A stretch of DNA of 64,000 nt, taken from positions 2,418,001-2,482,000 of the forward strand of contig OZ059896.1 in assembly GCA_964057225.1 (NCBI GenBank), written 5' to 3'. The notes below the pieces were generated by a model. The model had not been told where the DNA came from. It did no database searches and was given only the letters and a program-made list of their open reading frames with translations. Source of the DNA: Auanema rhodensis (taxonomy: Eukaryota > Animalia > Nematoda). Shown here in pieces: positions 41,201 through 56,300 of this stretch; the first letter of the stretch is position 1, and the number at the start of each line of letters is the position of its first letter. The position numbers and the translations under genes were made by a program.

Positions 41201-41342
41201 ATCGTTTGAAAAATGATGCATTAGTGTATGTTGAGTTTCCATGTACACTCAACATTGCTTCCAAAAACATTTTGACAAAAATTTTTTCGAAAAATTTCAA
41301 AATAATTTAGCGAAAAGTAGATGTTTTTAGATTCCTTTTTTT
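20293..41342. repeat. 21,050-bp tandem duplication, copy 1 (60 monomers)
   Basis: Rare private variants recur at lag +21050: TTTTAAGATTCC 21327/42377, TTCGATTCC 21681/42731, ATGTAGTTAT 24351/45401, ORF 25885/46935, AGGATGTAAG 27371/48421, CTTATAATCC 35171/56221, CAAGGCCAAAACGAAGG 40641/61691. The length equals 60x351 minus ten 1-bp deletions. Confidence 0.96.
35730..39941. repeat. Pentameric higher-order repeat (1755-bp period); copied at 56780-60991, with a diverged further copy at 62395-64000
   Basis: Lag-1755 markers: CTTAATAATCC 36574/38329, CAACCAAAAA 37861/39616, AAATCAATT in monomers 35730/37485/39240, plus CTCCAAATT and CAAGCCAG in the same order. Confidence 0.85.
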
Positions 41343-44300
41343 GAGGCAAAAACGATGGACAATGTTATTCAACGAAAAAATTAATTCTTCAGGGTGAAAA
41401 TCGAGGATATAAGTGTGAACTTATATCAGTTGATATCTCGGTGCATTTTCAAGCTAGCGCAAATCTGATAACACAGATCGACGCAGCTTAAAAATCCGCA
41501 TCGAATGCACTATACTACATTGAGAAACGCTTAATACAAAAATTAGTTATGATCGTTTGAAAAATGATGCATTAGTGTATGTTGAGTTTCCATGTACACT
41601 CAAAATTGCTTCCAAAAACATTTTGACAAAAATTTTTTCGAAAAATTTCAAAATAATTTAGCGAAAAGTAGATGTTTTTAGATTCCTTTTTTCGAGGCAA
41701 AAACGATGGACAATGTTATTCAACGAAAAAATTAATTCTTCAGGGTGAAAATCGAGGATATAAGTGTGAACTTATATCAGTTGATATCTCGGTGCATTTT
41801 TAAGCTAGCGGAAATTTAATAACACAGATCGACGCAGCTTAAAAATCCGCATCGAATGCACTATACTACATTAAGAAAAGCTTAATACAAAAATTAGTTA
41901 TGATCGTTTGGAAAATGATGCATTAGTGTATGTTGAGTTTCCATGTACACTCAAAATTGCTTCCAAAAACATTTTGACAAAAATTTTTTCGAAAAATTTC
42001 AAAATAATTTAGCGAAAAGTAGATGTTTTTAGATTCCTTTTTTCGAGGCAAAAACGATGGACAATGTTATTCAACGAAAAAATTAATTCTTCAGGGTGAA
42101 AATCGAGGATATAAGTGTGAACTTATATCAGTTGATATCTCGGTGCATTTTTAAGCTAGCGGAAATTTGATAACACAGATCGACGCAGCTTAAAAATCCG
42201 CATTGAATGCACTATACTACATTGTGAAAAGCTTAATACAAAAATTAGTTATGATCGTTTGGAAAATGATGCATTAGTGTATGTTGAGTTTCCATGTACA
42301 CTCAAAATTGCTTCCAAAAACATTTTGACAAAAATTTTTTCGAAAAATTTCAAAATAATTTAGCGAAAAGTAGATGTTTTAAGATTCCTTTTTTCGAGGC
42401 AAAAACGATGGACAATGTTATTCAACGAAAAAATTAATTCTTCAGGGTGAAAATCGAGGATATAAGTGTGAACTTATATCAGTTGATATCTCGGTGCATT
42501 TTCAAGCTAGCGCAAATCTGATAACACAGATCGACGCAGCTTAAAAATCCGCATCGAATGCACTATACTACATTGAGAAACGCTTAATACAAAAATTAGT
42601 TATGATCGTTTGAAAAATGATGCATTAGTGTATGTTGAGTTTCCATGTACACTCAAAATTGCTTCCAAAAACATTTTGACAAAAATTTTTTCGAAAAATT
42701 TCAAAATAATTTAGCGAAAAGTAGATGTTTTTCGATTCCTTTTTTCGAGGCAAAAACGATGGACAATGTTATTCAACGAAAAAATTAATTCTTCAGGGTG
42801 AAAATCGAGGATATAAGTGTGAACTTATATCAGTTGATATCTCGGTGCATTTTTAAGCTAGCGGAAATTTAATAACACAGATCGACGCAGCTTAAAAATC
42901 CGCATCGAATGCACTATACTACATTAAGAAAAGCTTAATACAAAAATTAGTTATGATCGTTTGAAAAATGATGCATTAGTGTATGTTGAGTTTCCATGTA
43001 CACTCAAAATTGCTTCCAAAAACATTTTGACAAAAAATTTTCGTAAAATTTCAAAATAATTTAGCGAAAAGTAGATGTTTTTAGATTCCTTTTTTCAAGG
43101 CAAAAACGATGGACAATGTTATTCAACGAAAAAATTAATTCTTCAGGGTAAAAATCGAGGATATAAGTGTGAACTTATATCAGTTGATATCTCGGTGCAT
43201 TTTTAAGCTAGCGGAAATCTGATAACACAGATCGACGCAGCTTAAAAATCCGCATCGAATGCACTATACTACATTAAGAAAAGCTTAATACAAAAATTAG
43301 TTATGATCGTTTGGAAAATGATGCATTAGTGTATGTTGAGTTTCCATGTACACTCAAAATTGCTTCCAAAAACATTTTGACAAAAAGTTTTTCGAAAAAT
43401 TTCAAAATAATTTAGCGAAAAGTAGATGTTTTCAGATTCCTTTTTTTGAGGCAAAAACGATGGACAATGTTATTCAACGAAAAAATTAATTCTTCAGGGT
43501 GAAAATCGAGGATATAAGTGTGAACTTATATCAGTTGATATCTCGGTGCCTTTTTAAGCTAGCGCAAATCTGATAGTACAGATCGACGCAGCTTAAAAAT
43601 CCGCATTGAATGCACTATACTACATTGTGAAAAGCTTAATACAAAAATTAGTTATGATCGTTTGAAAAATGATGCATTAGTGTATGTTGAGTTTCCATGT
43701 ACACTCAAAATTGCTTCCAAAAACATTTTGACAAAAATTTTTTCGAAAAATTTCAAAATAATTTAGCGAAAAGTAGATGTTTTCAGATTCCTTTTTTTGA
43801 GGCAAAAACGATGGACAACGTTATTCAACGAAAAAATTAATTCTTCAGGGTGAAAATCGAGGATATAAGTGTGAACTTATATCAGTTGATATCTCGGTGC
43901 ATTTTTAAGCTAGCGGAAATTTAATAACACAGATCGACGCAGCTTAAAAATCCGCATCGAATGCACTATACTACATTAAGAAAAGCTTAATACAAAAATT
44001 AGTTATGATCGTTTGGAAAATGATGCATTAGTGTATGTTGAGTTTCCATGTACACTCAAAATTGCTTCCAAAAACATTTTGACAAAAATTTTTTCGAAAA
44101 ATTTCAAAATAATTTAGCGAAAAGTAGATGTTTTTAGATTCCTTTTTTCGAGGCAAAAACGATGGACAATGTTATTCAACGAAAAAATTAATTCTTCAGG
44201 GTGAAAATCGAGGATATAAGTGTGAACTTATATCAGTTGATATCTCGGTGCATTTTTAAGCTAGCGGAAATTTGATAACACAGATCGACGCAGCTTAAAA

Positions 44301-47300
44301 ATCCGCATTGAATGCACTATACTACATTGTGAAAAGCTTAATACAAAAATTAGTTATGATCGTTTGGAAAATGATGCATTAGTGTATGTTGAGTTTCCAT
44401 GTACACTCAAAATTGCTTCCAAAAACATTTTGACAAAAATTTTTTCGAAAAATTTCAAAATAATTTAGCGAAAAGTAGATGTTTTTAGATTCCTTTTTTC
44501 GAGGCAAAAACGATGGACAATGTTATTCAACGAAAAAATTAATTCTTCAGGGTGAAAATCGAGGATATAAGTGTGAACTTATATCAGTTGATATCTCGGT
44601 GCCTTTTTAAGCTAGCGGAAATCTGATAACACAGATCGACGCAGCTTAAAAATCCGCATCGAATGCACTATACTACATTAAGAAAAGCTTAATACAAAAA
44701 TTAGTTATGATCGTTTGGAAAATGATGCATTAGTGTATGTTGAGTTTCCATGTACACTCAAAATTGCTTCCAAAAACATTTTGACAAAAATTTTTTCGAA
44801 AAATTTCAAAATAATTTAGCGAAAAGTAGATGTTTTTAGATTCCTTTTTTCGAGGCAAAAACGATGGACAATGTTATTCAACGAAAAAATTAATTCTTCA
44901 GGGTGAAAATCGAGGATATAAGTGTGAACTTATATCAGTTGATATCTCGGTGCATTTTCAAGCTAGCGCAAATCTGATAGTACAGATCGACGCAGCTTAA
45001 AAATCCGCATCGAATGCACTATACTACATTAAGAAAAGCTTAATACAAAAATTAGTTATGATCGTTTGGAAAATGATGCATTAGTGTATGTTGAGTTTCC
45101 ATGTACACTCAAAATTGCTTCCAAAAACATTTTGACAAAAATTTTTTCGAAAAATTTCAAAATAATTTAGCGAAAAGTAGATGTTTTTAGATTCCTTTTT
45201 TCGAGGCAAAAACGATGGACAATGTTATTCAACGAAAAAATTAATTCTTCAGGGTGAAAATCGAGGATATAAGTGTGAACTTATATCAGTTGATATCTCG
45301 GTGCATTTTTAAGCTAGCGCAAATCTGATAGTACAGATCGACGCAGCTTAAAAATCCGCATCGAATGCACTATACTACATTAAGAAAAGCTTAATACAAA
45401 ATGTAGTTATGATCGTTTGGAAAATGATGCATTAGTGTATGTTGAGTTTCCATGTACACTCAAAATTGCTTCCAAAAACATTTTGACAAAAAGTTTTTCG
45501 AAAAATTTCAAAATAATTTAGCGAAAAGTAGATGTTTTTAGATTCCTTTTTTCGAGGCAAAAACGATGGACAATGTTATTCAACGAAAAAATTAATTCTT
45601 CAGGGTGAAAATCGAGGATATAAGTGTGAACTTATATCAGTTGATATCTCGGTGCATTTTTAAGCTAGCGGAAATTTAATAACACAGATCGACGCAGCTT
45701 AAAAATCCGCATCGAATGCACTATACTACATTGAGAAACGCTTAATACAAAAATTAGTTATGATCGTTTGGAAAATGATGCATTAGTGTATGTTGAGTTT
45801 CCATGTACACTCAAAATTGCTTCCAAAAACATTTTGACAAAAATTTTTTCGAAAAATTTCAAAATAATTTAGCGAAAAGTAGATGTTTTCAGATTCCTTT
45901 TTTTGAGGCAAAAACGATGGACAATGTTATTCAACGAAAAAATTAATTCTTCAGGGTGAAAATCGAGGATATAAGTGTGAACTTATAACAGTTGATATCT
46001 CGGTGCCTTTTTAAGCTAGCGGAAATTTGATAACACAGATCGACGCAGCTTAAAAATCCGCATTGAATGCACTATACTACATTGTGAAAAGCTTAATACA
46101 AAAATTAGTTATGATCGTTTGGAAAATGATGCATTAGTGTATGTTGAGTTTCCATGTACACTCAAAATTGCTTCCAAAAACATTTTGACAAAAATTTTTT
46201 CGAAAAATTTCAAAATAATTTAGCGAAAAGTAGATGTTTTTAGATTCCTTTTTTCGAGGCAAAAACGATGGACAATGTTATTCAACGAAAAAATTAATTC
46301 TTCAGGGTGAAAATCGAGGATATAAGTGTGAACTTATATCAGTTGATATCTCGGTGCATTTTCAAGCTAGCGCAAATTTAATAACACAGATCGACGCAGC
46401 TTAAAAATCCGCATCGAATGCACTATACTACATTAAGAAAAGCTTAATACAAAAATTAGTTATGATCGTTTGAAAAATGATGCATTAGTGTATGTTGAGT
46501 TTCCATGTACACTCAAAATTGCTTCCAAAAACATTTTGACAAAAAATTTTCGTAAAATTTCAAAATAATTTAGCGAAAAGTAGATGTTTTTAGATTCCTT
46601 TTTTCAAGGCAAAAACGATGGACAATGTTATTCAACGAAAAAATTAATTCTTCAGGGTGAAAATCGAGGATATAAGTGTGAACTTATATCAGTTGATATC
46701 TCGGTGCATTTTCAAGCTATCGCAAATCTGATAGTACAGATCGACGCAGCTTAAAAATCCGCATTGAATGCACTATACTACATTGTGAAAAGCTTAATAC
46801 AAAAATTAGTTATGATCGTTTGAAAAATGATGCATTAGTGTATGTTGAGTTTCCATGTACACTCAACATTGCTTCCAAAAACATTTTGACAAAAATTTTT
46901 TCAAAAAATTTCAAAATAATTTAGCGAAAAGTAGATGTTTTTAGATTCCTTTTTTCAAGGCAAAAACGATGGACAATGTTATTCAACGAAAAAATTAATT
47001 CTTCAGGGTGAAAATCGAAAATATAAGTGTGAACTTATATCAGTTGATATCTCGGTGAATTTTTCAGCTAGCGCAAATCTGATAACACAGATCGACGCAG
47101 CTCAAAAATCCGCATCGAATGCACTATACTACATTGAGAAACGCTTTATACCAAAATTAGTTATGATCGTTTGAAAAATGATGCATTAGTGTATGTTGAG
47201 TTTCCATGTACACTCAAAATTGCTTCCAAAAACATTTTGACAAAAAGTTTTTCGAAAAATTTCAAAATAATTTAGCGAAAAGTAGATGTTTTTAGATTCC

Positions 47301-50300
47301 TTTTTTCGAGGCAAAAACGATGGACAATGTTATTCAACGAAAAAATTAATTCTTCAGGGTGAAAATCGAGGATATAAGTGTGAACTTATATCAGTTGATA
47401 TCTCGGTGCATTTTCAAGCTAGCGCAAATCTGATAGTACAGATCGACGCAGCTTAAAAATCCGCATCGAATGCACTATACTACATTGAGAAACGCTTAAT
47501 ACAAAAATTAGTCATGATCGTTTGAAAAATGATGCATTAGTGTATGTTGAGTTTCCATGTACACTCAACATTGCTTCCAAAAACATTTTGACAAAAATTT
47601 TTTCGAAAATTTCAAAATAATTTAGCGAAAAGTAGATGTTTTTAGATTCCTTTTTTCGAGGCAAAAACGATGGACAATGTTATTCAACGAAAAAATTAAT
47701 TCTTCAGGGTGAAAATCGAAAATATAAGTGTGAACTTATATCAGTTGATATCTCGGTGCATTTTTCAGCTAGCGCAAATCTGATAACACAGATCGACGCA
47801 GCTTAAAAATCCGCATCGAATGCACTATACTACATTGAGAAACGCTTTATACCAAAATTAGTTATGATCGTTTGAAAAATGATGCATTAGTGTATGTTGA
47901 GTTTCCATGTACACTCAAAATTGCTTCCAAAAACATTTTGACAAAAATTTTTTCGAAAAATTTCAAAATAATTTAGCGAAAAGTAGATGTTTTCAGATTC
48001 CTTTTTTTGAGGCAAAAACGATGGACAATGTTATTCAACGAAAAAATTAATTCTTCAGGGTGAAAATCGAGGATATAAGTGTGAACTTATATCAGTTGAT
48101 ATCTCGGTGCCTTTTTAAGCTAGCGGAAATCTGATAACACAGATCGACGCAGCTTAAAAATCCGCATCGAATGCACTATACTACATTAAGAAAAGCTTAA
48201 TACAAAAATTAGTTATGATCGTTTGGAAAATGATGCATTAGTGTATGTTGAGTTTCCATGTACACTCAAAATTGCTTCCAAAAACATTTTGACAAAAATT
48301 TTTTCGAAAAATTTCAAAATAATTTAGCGAAAAGTAGATGTTTTTAGATTCCTTTTTTCGAGGCAAAAACGATGGACAATGTTATTCAACGAAAAAATTA
48401 ATTCTTCAGGGTGAAAATCGAGGATGTAAGTGTGAACTTATATCAGTTGATATCTCGGTGCATTTTCAAGCTAGCGCAAATCTGATAGTACAGATCGACG
48501 CAGCTTAAAAATCCGCATCGAATGCACTATACTACATTGAGAAACGCTTAATACAAAAATTAGTCATGATCGTTTGAAAAATGATGCATTAGTGTATGTT
48601 GAGTTTCCATGTACACTCAAAATTGCTTCCAAAAACATTTTGACAAAAATTTTTTCGAAAAATTTCAAAAAAATTTAGCTAAAAGTAGATGTTTTTAGAT
48701 TCCTTTTTTCGAGGCAAAAACGATGGACAATGTTATTCAACGAAAAAATTAATTCTTCAGGGTGAAAATCGAGGATATAAGTGTGAACTTATATCAGTAG
48801 ATATCTCGGTGCATTTTCAAGCTAGCGCAAATCTGATAGTACAGATCGACGCAGCTTAAAAATCCGCATCGAATGCACTATACTACATTGAGAAACGCTT
48901 AATACAAAAATTAGTTATGATCGTTTGAAAAATGATGCATTAGTGTATGTTGAGTTTCCATGTACACTCAAAATTGCTTCCAAAAACATTTTGACAAAAA
49001 TTTTTTCGAAAAATTTCAAAATAATTTAGCGAAAAGTAGATGTTTTCAGATTCCTTTTTTTGAGGCAAAAACGATGGACAATGTTATTCAACGAAAAAAT
49101 TAATTCTTCAGGGTGAAAATCGAGGATATAAGTGTGAACTTATATCAGTTGATATCTCGGTGCCTTTTTAAGCTAGCGGAAATCTGATAACACAGATCGA
49201 CGCAGCTTAAAAATCCGCATCGAATGCACTATACTACATTAAGAAAAGCTTAATACAAAAATTAGTTATGATCGTTTGGAAAATGATGCATTAGTGTATG
49301 TTGAGTTTCCATGTACACTCAAAATTGCTTCCAAAAACATTTTGACAAAAATTTTTTCGAAAAATTTCAAAATAATTTAGCGAAAAGTAGATGTTTTTAG
49401 ATTTCTTTTTTCGAGGCAAAAACGATGGACAATGTTATTCAACGAAAAAATTAATTCTTCAGGGTGAAAATCGAGGATATAAGTGTGAACTTATATCAGT
49501 TGATATCTCGGTGCATTTTCAAGCTAGCGCAAATCCGATAACACAGATCGACGCAGCTTAAAAATCCGCATCGAATGCACTATACCACATTGAGAAACGC
49601 TTAATACAAAAATTAGTTATGATCGTTTGAAAAATGATGCATTAGTGTATGTTGAGTTTCCATGTACACTCAAAATTGCTTCCAAAAACATTTTGACAAA
49701 AATTTTTTCGAAAAATTTCAAAATAATTTAGCGAAAAGTAGATGTTTTTAGATTCCTTTTTTCGAGGCAAAAACGATGGACAATGTTATTCAACGAAAAA
49801 ATTAATTCTTCAGGGTGAAAATCGAGGATATAAGTGTGAACTTATATCAGTTGATATCTCGGTGCATTTTCAAGCTAGCGCAAATCTGATAGTACAGATC
49901 GACGCAGCTTAAAAATCCGCATCGAATGCACTATACTACATTGAGAAACGCTTAATACAAAAATTAGTTATGATCGTTTGAAAAATGATGCATTAGTGTA
50001 TGTTGAGTTTCCATGTACACTCAAAATTGCTTCCAAAAACATTTTGACAAAAATTTTTTCGAAAAATTTCAAAATAATTTAGCGAAAAGTAGATGTTTTT
50101 AGATTCCTTTTTTCGAGGCAAAAACGATGGACAATGTTATTCAACGAAAAAATTAATTCTTCAGGGTGAAAATCGAGGATATAAGTGTGAACTTATATCA
50201 GTTGATATCTCGGTGCATTTTCAAGCTAGCGCAAATCTGATAGTACAGATCGACGCAGCTTAAAAATCCGCATCGAATGCACTATACTACATTGAGAAAC

Positions 50301-53300
50301 GCTTAATACAAAAATTAGTTATGATCGTTTGAAAAATGATGCATTAGTGTATGTTGAGTTTCCATGTACACTCAAAATTGCTTCCAAAAACATTTTGACA
50401 AAAATTTTTTCGAAAAATTTCAAAATAATTTAGCGAAAAGTAGATGTTTTTAGATTCCTTTTTTCGAGGCAAAAACGATGGACAATGTTATTCAACGAAA
50501 AAATTAATTCTTCAGGGTGAAAATCGAGGATATAAGTGTGAACTTATATCAGTTGATATCTCGGTGCATTTTCAAGCTAGCGCAAATCTGATAGTACAGA
50601 TCGACGCAGCTTAAAAATCCGCATTGAATGCACTATACTACATTGTGAAAAGCTTAATACAAAAATTAGTTATGATCGTTTGGAAAATGATGCATTAGTG
50701 TATGTTGAGTTTCCATGTACACTCAAAATTGCTTCCAAAAACATTTTGACAAAAATTTTTTCGAAAAATTTCAAAATAATTTAGCGAAAAGTAGATGTTT
50801 TTAGATTTCTTTTTTCGAGGCAAAAACGATGGACAATGTTATTCAACGAAAAAATTAATTCTTCAGGGTGAAAATCGAGGATATAAGTGTGAACTTATAT
50901 CAGTTGATATCTCGGTGCATTTTCAAGCTAGCGCAAATCTGATAGTACAGATCGACGCAGCTTAAAAATCCGCATCGAATACACTATACTACATTGAGAA
51001 ACGCTTAATACAAAAATTAGTTATGATCGTTTGAAAAATGATGCATTAGTGTATGTTGAGTTTCCATGTACACTCAAAATTGCTTCCAAAAACATTTTGA
51101 CAAAAAATTTTCGTAAAATTTCAAAATAATTTAGCGAAAAGTAGATGTTTTTAGATTCCTTTTTTCAAGGCAAAAACGATGGACAATGTTATTCAACGAA
51201 AAAATTAATTCTTCAGGGTGAAAATCGAGGATATAAGTGTGAACTTATATCAGTTGATATCTCGGTGCATTTTTAAGCTAGCGCAAATCTGATAGTACAG
51301 ATCGACGCAGCTTAAAAGTCCGCATCGAATGCACTATACTACATTAAGAAACGCTTAATACAAAAATTAGTTATGATCGTTTGAAAAATGATGCATTAGT
51401 GTATGTTGAGTTTCCATGTACACTCAAAATTGCTTCCAAAAACATTTTGACAAAAATTTTTTCGAAAAATTTCAAAATAATTTAGCAAAAAGTAAATGTT
51501 TTTAGATTCCTTTTTTCAAGGCAAAAACGATGGACAATGTTATTCAACGAAAAAATTAATTCTTCAGGGTGAAAATCGAGGATATAAGTGTGAACTTATA
51601 TCAGTTGATATCTCGGTGCATTTTTAAGCTAGCGGAAATTTGATAACACAGATCGACGCAGCTTAAAAATCCGCATCGAATGCACTATACTACATTGAGA
51701 AACGCTTAATACAAAAATTAGTTATGATCGTTTGAAAAATGATGCATTAGTGTATGTTGAGTTTCCATGTACACTCAACATTGCTTCCAAAAACATTTTG
51801 ACAAAAATTTTTTCGAAAAATTTCAAAATAATTTAGCGAAAAGTAGATGTTTTTAGATTCCTTTTTTCGAGGCAAAAACGATGGACAATGTTATTCAACG
51901 AAAAAATTAATTCTTCAGGGTGAAAATCGAGGATATAAGTGTGAACTTATATCAGTTGATATCTCGGTGCATTTTCAAGCTAGCGCAAATCCGATAACAC
52001 AGATCGACGCAGCTTAAAAATCCGCATCGAATGCACTATACCACATTGAGAAACGCTCAATACAAAAATTAGTTATGATCGTTTGAAAAATGATGCATTA
52101 GTGTATGTTGAGTTTCCATGTACACTCAAAATTGCTTCCAAAAACATTTTGACAAAAATTTTTTCGAAAAATTTCAAAATAATTTAGCGAAAAGTAGATG
52201 TTTTTAGATTCCTTCTTTCGAGGCAAAAACGATGGACAATGTTATTCAACGAAAAAATTAATTCTTCAGGGTGAAAATCGAGGATATAAGTGTGAACTTA
52301 TATCAGTTGATATCTCGGTGCATTTTTAAGCTAGCGGAAATTTAATAACACAGATCGACGCAGCTTAAAAATCCGCATCGAATGCACTATACTACATTAA
52401 GAAAAGCTTAATACAAAAATTAGTTATGATCGTTTGAAAAATGATGCATTAGTGTATGTTGAGTTTCCATGTACACTCAAAATTGCTTCCAAAAACATTT
52501 TGACAAAAAATTTTCGTAAAATTTCAAAATAATTTAGCGAAAAGTAGATGTTTTTAGATTCCTTTTTTCAAGGCAAAAACGATGGACAATGTTATTCAAC
52601 GAAAAAATTAATTCTTCAGGGTGAAAATCGAGGATATAAGTGTGAACTTATATCAGTTGATATCTCGGTGCATTTTCAAGCTAGCGCAAATCTGATAGTA
52701 CAGATCGACGCAGCTTAAAAATCCGCATTGAATGCACTATACTACATTGTGAAAAGCTTAATACAAAAATTAGTTATGATCGTTTGAAAAATGATGCATT
52801 AGTGTATGTTGAGTTTCCATGTACACTCAACATTGCTTCCAAAAACATTTTGACAAAAATTTTTTCGAAAAATTTCAAAATAATTTAGCAAAAAGTAGAT
52901 GTTTTTAGATTTCTTTTTTCGAGGCAAAAACGATGGACAATGTTATTCAACGAAAAAATTAATTCTTCAGGGTGAAAATCGAGGATATAAGTGTGAACTT
53001 ATATCAGTTGATATCTCGGTGCATTTTCAAGCTAGCGCAAATCTGATAGTACAGATCGACGCAGCTTAAAAATCCGCATCGAATACACTATACTACATTG
53101 AGAAACGCTTAATACAAAAATTAGTTATGATTGTTTGAAAAATGATGCATTAGTGTATGTTGAGTTTCCATGTACACTCAAAATTGCTTCCAAAAACATT
53201 TTGACAAAAAATTTTCGTAAAATTTCAAAATAATTTAGCGAAAAGTAGATGTTTTTAGATTCCTTTTTTCAAGGCAAAAACGATGGACAATGTTATTCAA

Positions 53301-56300
53301 CGAAAAAATTAATTCTTCAGGGTGAAAATCGAGGATATAAGTGTGAACTTATATCAGTTGATATCTCGGTGCATTTTTAAGCTAGCGCAAATCTGATAGT
53401 ACAGATCGACGCAGCTTAAAAGTCCGCATCGAATGCACTATACTACATTAAGAAACGCTTAATACAAAAATTAGTTATGATCGTTTGAAAAATGATGCAT
53501 TAGTGTATGTTGAGTTTCCATGTACACTCAAAATTGCTTCCAAAAACATTTTGACAAAAATTTTTTCGAAAAATTTCAAAATAATTTAGCAAAAAGTAAA
53601 TGTTTTTAGATTCCTTTTTTCAAGGCAAAAACGATGGACAATGTTATTCAACGAAAAAATTAATTCTTCAGGGTGAAAATCGAGGATATAAGTGTGAACT
53701 TATATCAGTTGATATCTCGGTGCATTTTCAAGCTAGCGCAAATCTGATAGTACAGATCGACGCAGCTTAAAAATCCGCATCGAATGCACTATACTACATT
53801 AAGAAAAGCTTAATACAAAAATTAGTTATGATCGTTTGAAAAATGATGCAATAGTGTATGTTGAGTTTCCATGTACACTCAAAATTGCTTCCAAAAACAT
53901 TTTGACAAAAATTTTTTCAAAAAATTTCAAAATAATTTAGCGAAAAGTAGATGTTTTTAGATTCCTTTTTTCAAGGCAAAAACGATGGACAATGTTATTC
54001 AACGAAAAAATTAATTCTTCAGGGTGAAAATCGAGGATATAGGTGTGAACTTATATCAGTTGATATCTCGGTGCATTTTTCAGCTAGCGCAAATCTGATG
54101 ACACAGATCGACGCAGCTTAAAAATCCGCATCGAATGCACTATATTACATTTAAAAACGCTTAATACCAAAATTAGTTATGATCGTTTGAAAAATGATGC
54201 ATTAGTGTATGTCGAGTTTCCATGTACACTCAAAATTGCTTCCAAAAACATTTTGACAAAAATTTTTTCGAAAAATTTCAAAATAATTTAGCAAAAAGTA
54301 GATGTTTTTAGATTCCTTTTTTCGAGGCAAAAACGATGGACAATGTTATTCAACGAAAAAATAATTCTTCAGGGTAAAAATCGAGGATATAAGTGTGAAC
54401 TTATATCAGTTGATATCTCGGTGCATTTTCAAGCTAGCGCAAATCTGATAGTACAGTTCGACGCAGCTTAAAAATCCGCATCGAATGCACTATACTACAT
54501 TGAGAAACGCTTAATACAAAAATTAGTTATGATCGTTTGAAAAATGATGCATTAGTGTATGTTGAGTTTCCATGTACACTCAACATTGCTTCCAAAAACA
54601 TTTTGACAAAAATTTTTTCGAAAATTTCAAAATAATTTAGCGAAAAGTAGATGTTTTTAGATTCCTTTTTTCGAGGCAAAAACGATGGACAATGTTATTC
54701 AACGAAAAAATTAATTCTTCAGGGTGAAAATCGAGGATATAAGTGTGAACTTATATCAGTTGATATCTCGGTGCATTTTCAAGCTAGCGCAAATCTGATA
54801 GTACAGATCGACGCAGCTTAAAATCCCGCATCGAATACACTATACTACATTGAGAAACGCTTAATACAAAAATTAGTTATGATCGTTTGAAAAATGATGC
54901 ATTAGTGTATGTTGAGTTTCCATGTACACTCAAAATTGCTTCCAAAAACATTTTGACAAAAATTTTTTCAAAAAATTTCAAAATAATTTAGCGAAAAGTA
55001 GATGTTTTTAGATTCCTGTTTTCAAGGCAAAAACGATGGACAATGTTATTCAACGAAAAAATTAATTCTTCAGGGTGAAAATCGAGGATATAGGTGTGAA
55101 CTTATATCAGTTGATATCTCGGTGCATTTTCAAGCTAGCGCAAATCTGATAGTACAGATCGACGCAGCTTAAAAATCCGCATCGAATGCACTATACTACA
55201 TTGAGAAACGCTTAATACAAAAATTAGTTATGATCGTTTGAAAAATGATGCATTAGTGTATGTTGAGTTTCCATGTACACTCAAAATTGCTTCCAAAAAC
55301 ATTTTGACAAAAATTTTTTCGAAAAATTTCAAAATAATTTAGCGAAAAGTAGATGTTTTTAGATTCCTTTTTTTGAGGCAAAAACGATGGACAATGTTAT
55401 TCAACGAAAAAATTAATTCTTCAGGGTGAAAATCGAAGATATAAGTGTGAACTTATATCAGTTGATATCTCGGTGCATTTTTAAGCTAGCGGAAATTTGA
55501 TAACACAGATCGACGCAGCTTAAAAATCCGCATCGAATGCACTATACTACATTAAGAAAAGCTTAATACAAAAATTAGTTATGATCGTTTGAAAAATGAT
55601 GCATTAGTGTATGTTGAGTTTCCATGTACACTCAACATTGCTTCCAAAAACATTTTGACAAAAATTTTTTCGAAAAATTTCAAAATAATTTAGCGAAAAG
55701 TAGATGTTTTTAGATTCCTTTTTTCGAGGCAAAAACGATGGACAATGTTATTCAACGAAAAAATTAATTCTTCAGGGTGAAAATCGAGGATATAAGTGTG
55801 AACTTATATCAGTTGATATCTCGGTGCATTTTCAAGCTAGCGCAAATCTGATAGTACAGATCGACGCAGCTTAAAAATCCGCATCGAATGCACTATACTA
55901 CATTGAGAAACGCTTAATACAAAAATTAGTTATGATCGTTTGAAAAATGATGCATTAGTGTATGTTGAGTTTCCATGTACACTCAAAATTGCTTCCAAAA
56001 ACATTTTGACAAAAATTTTTTCAAAAAATTTCAAAATAATTTAGCGAAAAGTAGATGTTTTTAGATTCCTTTTTTCAAGGCAAAAACGATGGACAATGTT
56101 ATTCAACGAAAAAAATAATTCTTCAGGGTGAAAATCGAGGATATATGTGTGAACTTATATCAGTTGATATCTCGGTGCATTTTTAAGCTAGCGCAAATCT
56201 GATAGTACAGATCGACGCAGCTTATAATCCGCATCGAATGCACTATACTACATTGAGAAACGCTTAATACAAAAATAAGTTATGATCGTTTGAAAAATGA

